25,928 nucleotides of DNA from a virus (Duplodnaviria; Caudoviricetes). The stretch is taken from positions 1-25,928 of the IMG/VR virus record IMGVR_UViG_3300005805_000427. The stretch is one strand, 5' to 3'. The notes below the pieces were generated by a model. That model made no database searches and had not been told where the DNA came from. It saw only the letters and a list, made by a program, of their open reading frames with translations. Both the position numbers and the translations under genes were made by a program. This document shows positions 25,659 through 25,928 of this stretch, piece after piece. The first letter of the stretch is position 1, and every line of letters begins with the position of its first letter.

Positions 25659-25928
25659 ATGGCTCTCCAAAAAACTTTCACGCTTCCGAGCGGCGTATCA
25701 GGAAATTATATACGACTAATCGCGCACCGTTGGGATCGGCAGACGCGCGAGGCGGTCGCTTGGTTCGCGCTCTACGTTGACTCCGCTGCGGCGAGCGCGG
25801 GCAAGGCGTCGCTGACGCCGTGGATCGCGAAGCTGGTGCTGACCGGCCCGAAGTTTGATCTCTACCTCGCGCCGAGCGCGCTCCACGCGAGCGACGTGCT
25901 CGCGCAACTTTACGTTGCGGCCAAGGCC
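25659..25928 (+). CDS. Hypothetical tail-associated protein, truncated by window end
   Basis: Manual translation MALQKTFTLPSGVSGNYIRLIAHRWDR... open to the end of the window; ATG 2 nt after the upstream stop. Confidence 0.7.
   Translation, partial: MALQKTFTLPSGVSGNYIRLIAHRWDRQTREAVAWFALYVDSAAASAGKASLTPWIAKLVLTGPKFDLYLAPSALHASDVLAQLYVAAKA

Noticed and set aside
1-25928. Integron integrase or other recombinase, reverse transcriptase, DGR
   Set aside because: No tyrosine-recombinase or RT motifs in any ORF; the fibre duplications differ at all base types rather than only at adenines.

Overview
The window is the packaging, head and tail region of a tailed phage or prophage with siphovirus-type, lambda-like head genes. 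Almost all genes are on the + strand: terS, terL (gpA family), gpW-like protein, extended portal, a 1025-aa fibre-like protein, holin-like genes, a metallophosphoesterase, protease/scaffold, cement protein, major capsid, three glycosylation/methylation genes, neck and tail genes with a -1 frameshift chaperone, a short tape measure, and tail tip genes. The main surprise lies between terS and terL (about 593-2460): an integrase-less array of integron attC-like sites (3 complete, 2 terminal half-sites) delimiting 4 cassettes. Each cassette's two core boxes are perfectly complementary. Three cassettes carry Cys-rich genes oriented opposite to the normal cassette direction; these start inside one attC, stop inside the next in a conserved frame, and lead directly into terL. 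All product calls come from motif recognition and synteny only; no database searches were run.
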